Shown: piece after piece, positions 1-8,495 of the stretch
Layout of the letters: each line of letters starts with the position of its first letter
Position numbering within the stretch: position 1 is the first letter of the stretch
IMG/VR virus record: IMGVR_UViG_3300042860_001004
Location: 1-26,353 of that record
Reading direction: 5' to 3' (one strand)
DNA: 26,353 nucleotides
Source of the DNA: a virus
Lineage: Duplodnaviria; Caudoviricetes
Translations under genes and position numbers: made by a program
Notes under the pieces: generated by a model
Databases searched by the model: none
What the model was told of the DNA's origin: nothing
Seen by the model: only the letters and a program-made list of their open reading frames with translations

Positions 1-74
1 AGCGACGCTGCCATGCCCTCGTGTCGTGCCGTCACAGCCGCCCGCAGGGCAGCGTTGCTCTCGTCCAGTGTCAC
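1..74 (-). CDS. N-terminus of a hypothetical protein, runs off the window edge (MTLDESNAALRAAVTARHEGMAAS...)
   Basis: GTG at 74-72 overlaps the TGA of the upstream gene (GTGA); AGGAGG lies 6 nt upstream; frame open to position 1. Confidence 0.65.
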   Translation of the reverse strand, partial: MTLDESNAALRAAVTARHEGMAAS

Positions 75-1270
75 CGTCGTCCTCCTGGTGGTGGTCCCGA
101 TACGTGCATGCTCGACAGCCCGCCGCCGCGCTCGTACACGAACAGCTCCATCGCCTGCCTGTTGCCCACGAAGCCCTGCTGTGCGTGCCACTCGTCCGGC
201 GGACACAGGGCAGGGGCCACCCGCACGAGCACGCCGTCGATCGTCTCGATCGGCCGACTCCACTCGGCGGATTGCTGGTGGTAGTGCCCGGTGTGGATCT
301 CGCGGTAGGGGCACTGGCTCCACAATTCCGCCGCCTCGAGCGCCATGAGCTGCGGCAGCCGCTTTTTGGCTTTGTGGCCGTGGCAGAACCCGAGCAGGTT
401 GCCGGCGTGGTGCAGGTACTTGCGGGGCAAAAACGTGTCCTCGACCCGCACGCGGCGGTCCCGTCGAAACCGTTCCTGGAGGATCCGCAGCCACGCCCAG
501 GTCAGCGTCTCGTCGTGGTTGCCGTGCACGGCGAGCGCGTCGGTCGGGGCGATGTCGCCGGCCAGGTGCACGACCCGCAGCAGCTCGTCGGTGCCGATCT
601 GGATCATCTTCTGGAGCCGGCCGTCCCGCTCGAGCGGCGTGCCGCTCGTCGTGGTGCCGCTCGGCGTGTCGTAGTGGTACACGTCACCGAGCGTGGCCAC
701 TGTCAGCCGGCTCGGACGCATGGATGCGGCGATCGACAGCAGCTCCTGCGACGCCTGGCGGATGAGCGTGGCCGCGATGCCCACGTCGTAGTCTTGCTGG
801 CCTGTCGTGCGAGCCCACGCGTACTTGCCGAAGTGCGGGTCCGCGATCACGAGCACCGCCCAGCGGTCGCCCTTGACCGACTTGGTCTTCGGCCGGGACG
901 GCCGCACGATGTCTCGGCTGGCCGCCGCGATCATCGCCTCGACGACCTCACGCACGCCCGGGCCGGGTCGCGGCTTGAGCCGCACGAACACGCGAAACAG
1001 CTCGGTCACCACCGGCTGGCCGGTCGCCCGGTCGACTGACATGCCCTCCCACTTCGTGGCCTCGGACGCCGCGACCTCGTACTTGGTCATGTCGGCTTCG
1101 ATGTGCGATAGCAGGTCCTCGACCGTGCGGATCGTGCGCGAGACGCTTCTAGCCTCGACGGTGTCTCCGTCGGTGCGCTGCGTGATCTGCTCGGCGTCCC
1201 TGCCCGACGGCACGTCGGCTGCCGCCTCGGCCAGGACGGCGTCGGCTAGTGGCTTCGTCGTCCGATCCAC
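71..1270 (-). CDS. Calcineurin-like metallophosphoesterase (Mre11/SbcD-like superfamily), ~399 aa, with N-terminal extension
   Basis: All five motifs in order: IADPHFG, LGDVYH, HGNHD, FCHGH, HTGHYH; start reassigned from 1378 to GTG 1270, which has AAGGAG 7 nt upstream. Confidence 0.85.
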   Translation of the reverse strand: MDRTTKPLADAVLAEAAADVPSGRDAEQITQRTDGDTVEARSVSRTIRTVEDLLSHIEADMTKYEVAASEATKWEGMSVDRATGQPVVTELFRVFVRLKPRPGPGVREVVEAMIAAASRDIVRPSRPKTKSVKGDRWAVLVIADPHFGKYAWARTTGQQDYDVGIAATLIRQASQELLSIAASMRPSRLTVATLGDVYHYDTPSGTTTSGTPLERDGRLQKMIQIGTDELLRVVHLAGDIAPTDALAVHGNHDETLTWAWLRILQERFRRDRRVRVEDTFLPRKYLHHAGNLLGFCHGHKAKKRLPQLMALEAAELWSQCPYREIHTGHYHQQSAEWSRPIETIDGVLVRVAPALCPPDEWHAQQGFVGNRQAMELFVYERGGGLSSMHVSGPPPGGRR

Positions 1271-1512
1271 GCCTCGACTCCTTGGATGCCGCAGATGTCG
1301 TGGCCGAGCTTTTGGCACACGGTGACGATGGCACGGGCGAGCGCCCGCTTGTGCATTGGTACCTGGCCGACACGCCACCGATCACGCAGCTCCTCGAGCT
1401 GCCGCAGGTCGTCCTCCGGTAGCCGCATGTACCACGGCGCGTACCCGGGGCCTTTGTTCGCCGCGACGGCAAGCACCTGGTCGATGATCGACGGCGTGTC
1501 GTCACTCGTCAC
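1246..1512 (-). CDS. Hypothetical protein, ~88 aa
   Basis: Fills the gap between neighbours; GTG 1512 has AGGAGG 9 nt upstream; plausible helical sequence (LPEDDLRQLEELRDRW). Confidence 0.65.
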   Translation of the reverse strand: MTSDDTPSIIDQVLAVAANKGPGYAPWYMRLPEDDLRQLEELRDRWRVGQVPMHKRALARAIVTVCQKLGHDICGIQGVEAWIGRRSH

Positions 1513-1768
1513 GTCGGAAGCCCTCCTGCTCGAGGACGGTGGTGAGCATGCCGGCAAACTCAGACACCGACTCTTCCGAGATGTCGGGCCACCTTGCGTG
1601 GATCAGCTCGTGGAGGAGCGTGTCGAGGTAGTCGGTGCCGGTCAGGCGGGAGTCGACCTTAATCGTGCGCGTGGCGTAGTCGCACAGGCCGTAGAGATTG
1701 CGCAGCCGCGCCCGGACGATGTGCCACTTGGCACCGGCGATCTCGATCGTCCGCTGTCGCCTCGCCAT
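1502..1768 (-). CDS. Small zincin-like HExxH protein (putative metallopeptidase), 88 aa
   Basis: YGLCDYATRTIKVD followed by DTLLHELIHA and a downstream EE as candidate third ligand. Confidence 0.75.
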   Translation of the reverse strand: MARRQRTIEIAGAKWHIVRARLRNLYGLCDYATRTIKVDSRLTGTDYLDTLLHELIHARWPDISEESVSEFAGMLTTVLEQEGFRRDE

Positions 1769-1774
1769 GCCACC

Positions 1775-1814
1775 ACCTTATCCATGTGCGTCCAAATCCG
1801 TGGTGCCGGTGTGG
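1775..1814 (-). promoter_or_regulatory. Variant copy of the phage promoter-like motif: CCACACCGGCA-N23-TAAGGT-N6-ATG
   Basis: Same spacing as the four ACCCCCT copies; -10-like hexamer 6 nt upstream of ATG 1768; upstream box degenerate. Confidence 0.5.
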
Positions 1815-2095
1815 TCAGGGTTTGGTGTGCCGATGCCGATTCTGTAGCCAACCTCGTTGAGCCATTGCTGGCGCTGCTGGCATCCGCAGTCCTTGACGCC
1901 TAGCGCAGCGGCCACACGTTCCTTGGTGATGCCTGCGGAGTCCAGCGCGGCGGCGACGCGATCACCAAGGCCGGGAGCGGGTGCACACTCTGCGTTCACC
2001 GGCAGCCGACGGACGCGCACGCGACGGCCGCACCGGTTGCACGTGCAGTCATGCATGTGATCGGCGTCAGTGCACACGAACGCGCACGCCGTCAT
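1778..2095 (-). CDS. Cys-rich hypothetical protein, 105 aa (putative metal-binding)
   Basis: CAFVC, HMHDCTCNRCG, GLGDRVAAALDSAGITK and DCGCQQRQQWLN motifs; ATGA overlap with the upstream gene. Confidence 0.75.
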   Translation of the reverse strand: MTACAFVCTDADHMHDCTCNRCGRRVRVRRLPVNAECAPAPGLGDRVAAALDSAGITKERVAAALGVKDCGCQQRQQWLNEVGYRIGIGTPNPDHTGTTDLDAHG

Positions 2096-2769
2096 GGGAG
2101 GACGATGTCCACTGATTGAACGACAACGCTATCCATTGTCGTGTCTGCATCAGTCACGCTTGAAATAAGCTGCCAATCCGAACCGATGGAGAAGCCTGGC
2201 TGCCCAAACAATGGAGCGTACGGCATTGGGTTTGTGAACTGCCCGTTGATGCACTGGGACACAACAGACCTGTCGTTGACTGCATTGGACGCTTGAGAGC
2301 AGTCTGCGGACGAGGACGTGCACCCGCCTATGGTGTCAATGTCGTAGTATTGAGAATTGCCGCACGATAACTGCCCGCTGCTATACTGCCTTTCCATTTT
2401 TCCAATAAGCCGCACGTTTAGAAGTTGCAATGCATAAAACAGATTTGTCGGCGCGGTGCTTGGATTGTTGTACACATCCACAACAATAGTTACCGCTCCG
2501 CACCCTGAAGGCTGTCCCTGCACTTCAACGGACCACCTGGTAAACGCTCCAAGAGAGCCGATGCGCGTCAAAAAATGCGTACCGTCGAGTATTGATGTTT
2601 TTGCGGCCACAGACTCTTTTTGCGTTGCTGTTCCAAACTCGCTCTGCGTGTTGTAGATTCGCGTGCGTTGCAAAAGGTAATCGTTGGCCGTGATTTCCAC
2701 TATCACATCGGTGGCTACGCTCCAGTCTCCTGTGCAAGGATTGCAACACGGCGAGCATCCCAAAAACAT
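2092..2769 (-). CDS. Cys-rich tail-tip / putative receptor-binding protein, ~225 aa
   Basis: Start reassigned to ATG 2769 (TGATG overlap), beginning MFLGCSPCCNPC; beta-rich; follows the tail-tip genes; visibly more AT-rich than its flanks. Confidence 0.6.
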   Translation of the reverse strand: MFLGCSPCCNPCTGDWSVATDVIVEITANDYLLQRTRIYNTQSEFGTATQKESVAAKTSILDGTHFLTRIGSLGAFTRWSVEVQGQPSGCGAVTIVVDVYNNPSTAPTNLFYALQLLNVRLIGKMERQYSSGQLSCGNSQYYDIDTIGGCTSSSADCSQASNAVNDRSVVSQCINGQFTNPMPYAPLFGQPGFSIGSDWQLISSVTDADTTMDSVVVQSVDIVLP

Positions 2770-3539
2770 CACGCACACTCCGCCGCAATCAGTACCCACG
2801 TGCTGTCAATCAATGCACACGCCACCCGTCGCGTGCCGCTAGATACGGTGACCGTGGCGAAATAGTTGGTGGCCGTGAACGTTGTGGCAGGTGACAACGC
2901 CGTGCCGTCGCCGGCTTGTTGCGTCACCGTGGCAGTGGCGCCTTTGTTCCACGTTGCGGAGACGGTTCCCAGTCGCACGGTGCCCCTCCCTGCGCCAATC
3001 CGCACCAGTGCCCATTTGTTCGCACCAGTCCCGGACTCCTTGTAAATGATGGCCGCACCGTTGCCGCCGCTTTGCAGCTCGGACGTCGATGCCTTCGGGC
3101 CGGCCGTCGCGTCCGCCGTGTTGCGGACCTCGAGCTTGACCTGAACAAGGCCATCCACAGCCAGCCTGCCGATTGCGTTATTGGCGATTGGCTCCACGGC
3201 GACGCCGAACAAATCGTTGGTCGAGGTGGTTGGCGTGCTGCCCCTCAAGACAGGTGATTGCTCGTACTGGGCCGTGGCCGGCCCAGTAACGCCAGTTGGT
3301 GCGACCTCCAGCCCGGTGATCGCCAGCACGCCCCAGCGTGGCACGGTCTGGCCGCTGACGTTTTTGCACGGCAGTGCCGTGTACGGGGCGCTGCCATAGA
3401 TCGGGCCATCTGCGTCGAACCCGTCGCGCTGACCAAGAACGACGTCCGCCGCATCCTGCGCGCGGTTCCACGCGCCGGCCGAGAACGCCGTCCGCACCGG
3501 TTGTCCTGGCTCGACCCGGCCGTCACGACGAGTAGGCAC
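2769..3539 (-). CDS. Putative tail-tip structural protein with an internal DUF2190-like segment, 256 aa
   Basis: Second gene after the tape measure; G/T/A-rich beta sequence; LFGVAVEPIANNAIGRLAVDGLVQVK resembles the cement protein at 19735-20064. Confidence 0.65.
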   Translation of the reverse strand: MPTRRDGRVEPGQPVRTAFSAGAWNRAQDAADVVLGQRDGFDADGPIYGSAPYTALPCKNVSGQTVPRWGVLAITGLEVAPTGVTGPATAQYEQSPVLRGSTPTTSTNDLFGVAVEPIANNAIGRLAVDGLVQVKLEVRNTADATAGPKASTSELQSGGNGAAIIYKESGTGANKWALVRIGAGRGTVRLGTVSATWNKGATATVTQQAGDGTALSPATTFTATNYFATVTVSSGTRRVACALIDSTWVLIAAECA

Positions 3540-4468
3540 TAGGTGACTCCGATTCCAAGCAAACTAAAGTCGGCCTCGGGGTAGACCTGATTGACGTACA
3601 CGTGCGTGGGCCGCTTTAACAAAGTCGCGTCAACGACTTGATCCCAGTACCTCACCCACAGGTACTCATGGCCCTTTTTTTCAATGCCTGTAATGCTGCC
3701 AATGGTGAGGGTCGGCAGCGTCGTGCCGTCTGCATTGGGTGACGCCACAAACTTGAACGATAGCGACCACGGACTATTGCCCTTGTCCTCGTCCCAATCC
3801 TGTGAGCCGTTCGCCCCCATGAACAACACTTCGCCGGCCCGGAAGCTACGGAACGCCTGGTTGTTGGTGGTACCTGTCAAGCTGGACACGATCTTGACGT
3901 AATCGTCAGTGATGTACTGGTGCGGCACGTCATAGTTTTCAGTCCATTGGAGCGCTGGGACGACAATGTCAACGCCTTGGACAGTGTCGCCGTCGACGCC
4001 GATTGCGCCTTGCTGGTCTGGTGCCGGCGAGTCTCCACCGACTGGGTATCGCTTCTCTTGCGACGTGGTGCGGCCGCCAAGGGCTGAGCCAGCACCATAC
4101 GACGGCTGTTGCGAGATGTGCGTGGTAGCACCGCTGGTGTCGAAGGACCTCGACCGACGGATCGGTTGGGGTTGCGTGTCATCGTCCGCGCCTCGGCTGA
4201 CGTAGGTCACCGTCAGTTGCCACGCCTTGTCGCCGAGGTACTCGAGCGTGTAGCTCTCGGCTTGCAGTTTGTTGAGCGGCTGCCCGGGATATTGCCAGAA
4301 CATGTAGTCAGTCCACAGCGTCAAATTGACGTCTGCGTGCACCGCAATGTCGTCGTCAGTGCCGAATATTTTCCACGATTTCTTGTACGTGTTTTGCGAA
4401 CGCCTGTTGAGTCGATGAATGGTCGCCGACCTGCTGGCGCGGTCCTCGACCCATGTGTATGTCGGCAT
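3539..4468 (-). CDS. Putative distal tail / baseplate hub protein, 309 aa
   Basis: Directly downstream of the tape measure; aromatic and beta-strand-rich; function inferred from position. Confidence 0.6.
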   Translation of the reverse strand: MPTYTWVEDRASRSATIHRLNRRSQNTYKKSWKIFGTDDDIAVHADVNLTLWTDYMFWQYPGQPLNKLQAESYTLEYLGDKAWQLTVTYVSRGADDDTQPQPIRRSRSFDTSGATTHISQQPSYGAGSALGGRTTSQEKRYPVGGDSPAPDQQGAIGVDGDTVQGVDIVVPALQWTENYDVPHQYITDDYVKIVSSLTGTTNNQAFRSFRAGEVLFMGANGSQDWDEDKGNSPWSLSFKFVASPNADGTTLPTLTIGSITGIEKKGHEYLWVRYWDQVVDATLLKRPTHVYVNQVYPEADFSLLGIGVT

Positions 4469-4476
4469 GGCTCTAC

Positions 4477-6648
4477 CTACGTTGCGACTGCGTCTGTGCC
4501 TTGGTCGACCAGCTTGACTATGCCCTTGTCAATGGCCGTAAGCAGGTCGATCTGGCGCTGCGAAAGGCTTGATCCGACGCCGAGGCCGCCGATCGCAGCA
4601 GCCGAAAACGTGCCGGCTATGTCCGTGCGACTGCGTTCCTCGTTTTGCATTCCGGCTTGCATGGCCGAAGCGTCGGCCGGCTGTGAGTCGGCAGCCACGC
4701 TCGGATTCGACAGGTCCTCGGCCTGACGATTGGCCGCGTCGCGTGCCGGATTCGACGCTGGCGCCGGCTCGGCCCCTGGTGCTGGCTTCCTGGCCTCTGC
4801 AGCGGCCTTTCTGTCGGCTTCTCTCTGCTGTCGGCGTCGCTCGACACTGTCCGCGCGCTCCTGAACCTTGTCCTGTGCGGCATCTTGAGCCGCTCTCACA
4901 CGACGGTCGGAGTCGGCCGCAGTTTGTTGATTCTCCTTGTCAGCCTGAGCCATCCTGCCTGCCACGCCTGGCCGGTCCTGTTCGCGCTGTCTGGCCCTAG
5001 CCGCCATCTCGCTGTCGACCTTTTCGTTTTCTTTGGCAAGGTCGTAGCCCTTTTGCAGAAAAGACTGCACGTAATTCCATGACTTTTGCACGGTCGCGAC
5101 CATGGCATCCCAGGACGCCATGATTCCGTTCAAGATGTTATCCATGATGCCCGTGAGCACAGCGCCGACGGTGTTTGCTGACTGCACCACATTGCTCCAC
5201 ATTTGGTCCCACACGACGTACAGCTGCGTGCCGGCCATCGTGAAAATGTTCAAGATGCTGTTTATCACCACCTCGACGGCACCGACGAGGTCGGCGTCGG
5301 CGACTGCGTCGCTTAGTGCAGACCAATTTCCGGTAAAAGCGACCAGACCAGCTACCGCAGCGGCGATCAGTGCAGGTATGAGCACGATCGGCGACATGAT
5401 CGCGCTCACCGTCGCGGAGACCACAGCAAGGCCGCCGCCAACGGCGTAGATCGCCACGCTTAAGCCGATAAATCCAGCCGTGAGCTGTGCGACCAGTGCG
5501 ATCGTCTCTTGATTGTTCGACACAAACGCCGCCGCGCCTTCGGCAAACCGCGACAGCGTCACAAAGGCCTGCGTTAGCGATGGCGCCAAGGCGGATCCAA
5601 TGGCGATGGCCAGTCGCTCGAGCGACGCCAACAGGCCGAGGCCCGTGCCGCTCAATCCGCCCATCGTGACTCCGAACTTGTCGGCGACCGACAGCGCACC
5701 AGCCATGCCATCGCGCATCGCCGCAAAGCCATCGACACCTGCGGTGGTCAGCACCGCCGCGGCACGGATTGCATCCGACCCGAAGATTTGCCGAAACACG
5801 TCATCCTTGGCTGCCTGGTCCATGCCGGCCATGGCCTGATTGAGCCGGCCGATGATCTGCACCATTGGCAGCATCTTGCCTTCGGCGTCGCGGAATGAGT
5901 CGACTGTGAGGTTTAGTCTTGCAAGCGCGTCAACGGCTTCGTCGGCCGGAGCCATGAGACGTTGCAACATCGTCTTGAGCGACGTGCCGGCGTCAGAACC
6001 CTTGATGCCGGCGTTGGCCAGGAGCGCGAGCGCCGCCGACGTGTCCTCGATGGATTGGTTGGCGAGGCCGGCCACGGCGCTGACTTGTGACATCGCCAGC
6101 GCTATGCCTTCGATCGACGTGCTCGACGCGTCTGCGGCAGCGGAGAGCGTGTCGGCGGCCTTGGCACTTGTGACACCGAACACGTTCATCGCGTCGGCCA
6201 TCACGACTGCCGCCGACGCCACGTCCATCTGTGCGACCTTCGCGAACTGCACGGCGGCCTGGCCGGCACCGCCCAGAACCTGCTCGAGCGATACGCCCGC
6301 CTTTAGCAGTTCCAAAAATCCTTGAGCCGCCTGCGTCGGCCCGATGCCGAGAGCTGCACTCATGGTCATGGCAGCCGCTCGCACAGCGTCGAGCTGCTCG
6401 GCAGTCGCACCGGTCGACGCACGCATCGACAGGAGCACGTCTTCGAACCGCGATGCCGCGCCGACGGCGGCGACGACGGGAGCGGTTAGTGCGGCACCGG
6501 CGGCCGCCATCTGGCCGCCGACCTGCCGCAGGTTCGCCCCCATTTGGCCGATGCGCTTGTTGACCTGGGCGATCGTGCCGTAGAGCTTCGACGCGTCCGC
6601 GCCGATCTCGACGAACGCACGACCCATCCGGACTGCTGAAGCACTCAT
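4477..6648 (-). CDS. Tail tape measure protein (TP901-family core), 723 aa
   Basis: MGRAFVEIGAD N-terminus; core motifs AAQGFLELLKAG, LANAGIKGSDAGTSLKTML, IFGSDAIRAA; hydrophobic middle; Ala-rich helical. Confidence 0.93.
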   Translation of the reverse strand: MSASAVRMGRAFVEIGADASKLYGTIAQVNKRIGQMGANLRQVGGQMAAAGAALTAPVVAAVGAASRFEDVLLSMRASTGATAEQLDAVRAAAMTMSAALGIGPTQAAQGFLELLKAGVSLEQVLGGAGQAAVQFAKVAQMDVASAAVVMADAMNVFGVTSAKAADTLSAAADASSTSIEGIALAMSQVSAVAGLANQSIEDTSAALALLANAGIKGSDAGTSLKTMLQRLMAPADEAVDALARLNLTVDSFRDAEGKMLPMVQIIGRLNQAMAGMDQAAKDDVFRQIFGSDAIRAAAVLTTAGVDGFAAMRDGMAGALSVADKFGVTMGGLSGTGLGLLASLERLAIAIGSALAPSLTQAFVTLSRFAEGAAAFVSNNQETIALVAQLTAGFIGLSVAIYAVGGGLAVVSATVSAIMSPIVLIPALIAAAVAGLVAFTGNWSALSDAVADADLVGAVEVVINSILNIFTMAGTQLYVVWDQMWSNVVQSANTVGAVLTGIMDNILNGIMASWDAMVATVQKSWNYVQSFLQKGYDLAKENEKVDSEMAARARQREQDRPGVAGRMAQADKENQQTAADSDRRVRAAQDAAQDKVQERADSVERRRQQREADRKAAAEARKPAPGAEPAPASNPARDAANRQAEDLSNPSVAADSQPADASAMQAGMQNEERSRTDIAGTFSAAAIGGLGVGSSLSQRQIDLLTAIDKGIVKLVDQGTDAVAT

Positions 6649-7045
6649 GTTCTCACCTTGTGCCAGTCAGGGCCGAATAGTGCGGCGATCTCCTCGGGCG
6701 TAGCCTGTCTGGCGGCTGGCCGACTCACGAAGGGGTGGAAGTCATGAGGTTTTCGTGCGGGCTTGCCTCTTCCACGGTGATTGTTGTGGTACAGGCAGAT
6801 GAGGTTGGCCGTGTGCCACCAGTCGTGCTCCAGCCGCGCCGTGCGGGCGGCGATGAGCTGTCGGAGTGTCCAGTCTCCTGGGTGCACTCCGAGGATGCCG
6901 GCAGCTTCCCAGATTGTTCTCCAGACTTGACTGTCGTGACCATCGTTGCCAGGTTCGCCTCCGCCTGGTCCAGCAGCTCGCCCGTGATTTCCTGCATTTT
7001 GCGGGCGAGAGTTGCGACCATCCGACGGAGGCGTTGGGGGAAAAA
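6645..7045 (-). CDS. -1 frame extension of the tail assembly chaperone (gpT-like part of a ~249-aa gpGT-like product)
   Basis: The -1 frame is open from the slippery site at 7046-7040 to the TGA at 6645, which overlaps the tape measure ATG; encodes ...IWEAAGILGVHPGDWTLRQLIAARTARLEHDWWHTANL... Confidence 0.75.
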
Positions 7046-7393
7046 ACTGATCAGTTCCTCCTCGAGCGACTTGGTCGCTGCGTCAAGGCAGTCACCACGC
7101 AGTCCGTCCAAAAACTGCTCCTTGGTCAGTTTGCGATCCTCGACCTGTGCAACCAGGATCGCGTAGAGCACCTCGCCAGTCGTGGCGTACTGGCTGCGAA
7201 GGACCTGCAGCGTCTGTGCGATTGATGCGATGTCGACGATGTCAAATGCTTTGGTCAGCTTTTTGCCGGTCGGCATCCCCTCTGCGTTCAGCTCGTCGAC
7301 CGTGACAGTGACCATCTCTCGCACGCGTAGCGCAGCAAGCACTGTAAGTGCGAGTCTCCACGGCCGGCCCTCGTCGTCCTTGAACTCTTGCAT
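6725..7393 (-). CDS. Tail assembly chaperone (gpG-like), 222 aa
   Basis: Lies between tube-like genes and the tape measure; helical; contains a slippery heptamer; GAGGT SD upstream. Confidence 0.8.
   Translation of the reverse strand: MQEFKDDEGRPWRLALTVLAALRVREMVTVTVDELNAEGMPTGKKLTKAFDIVDIASIAQTLQVLRSQYATTGEVLYAILVAQVEDRKLTKEQFLDGLRGDCLDAATKSLEEELISFFPQRLRRMVATLARKMQEITGELLDQAEANLATMVTTVKSGEQSGKLPASSECTQETGHSDSSSPPARRGWSTTGGTRPTSSACTTTITVEEASPHENLMTSTPS
7036..7063 (-). other. Programmed -1 ribosomal frameshift signal: GAGGAGG-N10-T TTT TTC CCC C
   Basis: In-frame X XXY YYZ heptamers (T TTT TTC and T TTC CCC) with an internal SD-like element 10 nt upstream; -1 frame open to the tape measure start. 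Confidence 0.75.
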
Positions 7394-7395
7394 GG

Positions 7396-7746
7396 TTACC
7401 TCAGACTAGCCCTCGTCATCCGAGCTTCCACCTGGTAGCTGGTCACACCGTCAAGCGGATTGGACTCCGACACGCTGGTGATGATCGCGCTGAAGGACCA
7501 ACCGCCGCCGCCGCCGCTTATGGCGACCAGTTCACCTGCCGTCAGCCTGGCGAGCTGGCACTCGGAGGACTCCAGCACCTCGAATGAGACAGAAGCGTCC
7601 CAGCCCGTGGAATAGGCTGTGGCATACCGGGAGCCGTATTCCTCGACGTCGAGCGTACGCGCAGTGGCGGTCCACTCGACGTTGCGCACGCTCGTGACGC
7701 TCGTTCCCACCGTCAGGGTGGCATCTTTGCCGAGCGTAATAGCCAA
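7396..7746 (-). CDS. Tail tube-like protein, paralog 3, 116 aa (TTG start)
   Basis: MAITLGKD ... IITSVSESNPLDGVTSYQVEAR; beta-rich; occupies the gpV position. Confidence 0.7.
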   Translation of the reverse strand: MAITLGKDATLTVGTSVTSVRNVEWTATARTLDVEEYGSRYATAYSTGWDASVSFEVLESSECQLARLTAGELVAISGGGGGWSFSAIITSVSESNPLDGVTSYQVEARMTRASLR

Positions 7747-7749
7747 GCC

Positions 7750-8070
7750 TCACCCCCGCCGAGCGGTAATGGTGTAGGTCACTGGGCCGTCGATCGCCGC
7801 GTTCTCGGTTACAGACACAATCATGAAATTACTCGTGAGCGAGTTGCTCTCGAGCGACGCGATCACGCCAGTGACGTCGTGGCACTCGATCTCCCACGTC
7901 TGCGTCTTAAATCCGGCATCGAACGCGCGATAACCGGCTCCGCCGGTTGTGCCGCTGATGTTGCTGCGATTGCTGACATCGACGGCCTCACACTCTTCGG
8001 TGAACGTCGCCGAGATGATGTCCAAGCCAAACGGAGGAGCTGCGGAGTCCTTGCCAAGATCGATGGCCAT
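7750..8070 (-). CDS. Tail tube-like protein, paralog 2, 106 aa
   Basis: MAIDLGKD ... MIVSVTENAAIDGPVTYTITAR; alignable by eye with both neighbours. Confidence 0.7.
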   Translation of the reverse strand: MAIDLGKDSAAPPFGLDIISATFTEECEAVDVSNRSNISGTTGGAGYRAFDAGFKTQTWEIECHDVTGVIASLESNSLTSNFMIVSVTENAAIDGPVTYTITARRG

Positions 8071-8086
8071 CTATTCACCCTCTGTA

Positions 8087-8425
8087 TCAGGACTGGGTCT
8101 TGTACCGCGTCGCGGACACGGTGAACGTTTTGATTCCGTCGAGCGGCTCCGAGCGAGCCACGTTTGTCACCAAAAATTCGATCGTGTCTGCGGTCTTCAA
8201 ATTGGTGTGATCAAGCGTGAACGACGCGCCCACGCTGACGCCGGGGTCGTCGACGCACTCGACCTCGATCGTCTGCTCGATCAAGGTCTTCTTGTACTTG
8301 CGAAAGCCAGCGGACCCGTCGGCGAACGACGTGCACTCGACCTCGTTGGCCGCGTTGTTGATCGTGATGGACCGAGCACCTGTCAGGCCGGTGACGGTCA
8401 CGTCCTTGCCAAGAGTTACAGCCAT
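8087..8425 (-). CDS. Tail tube-like protein, paralog 1, 112 aa
   Basis: MAVTLGKD ... LVTNVARSEPLDGIKTFTVSATR; strong SD GGGAGG; promoter-like motif just upstream. Confidence 0.72.
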   Translation of the reverse strand: MAVTLGKDVTVTGLTGARSITINNAANEVECTSFADGSAGFRKYKKTLIEQTIEVECVDDPGVSVGASFTLDHTNLKTADTIEFLVTNVARSEPLDGIKTFTVSATRYKTQS

Positions 8426-8451
8426 CGAATCCTCCCGTGGCGGTGTTTGTC

Positions 8452-8491
8452 AGACTACGACCGTCGCCGTGCTGGCTCGCAGGGGGTGTGG
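8452..8491 (-). promoter_or_regulatory. Promoter-like motif CCACACCCCCT-N23-TAGTCT upstream of the tail tube genes
   Basis: Intergenic; the 14-nt CCACACCCCCTGCG is identical to the copy at 23709-23722; followed by a short leader with SD. Confidence 0.7.
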
Positions 8492-8495
8492 ACGA

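Noticed and set aside
26-1039. 337-aa plus-strand ORF and similar ORFs at 8217-9212, 12325-13662 and 24980-25903
   Set aside because: Antisense to well-supported minus-strand genes; no motifs
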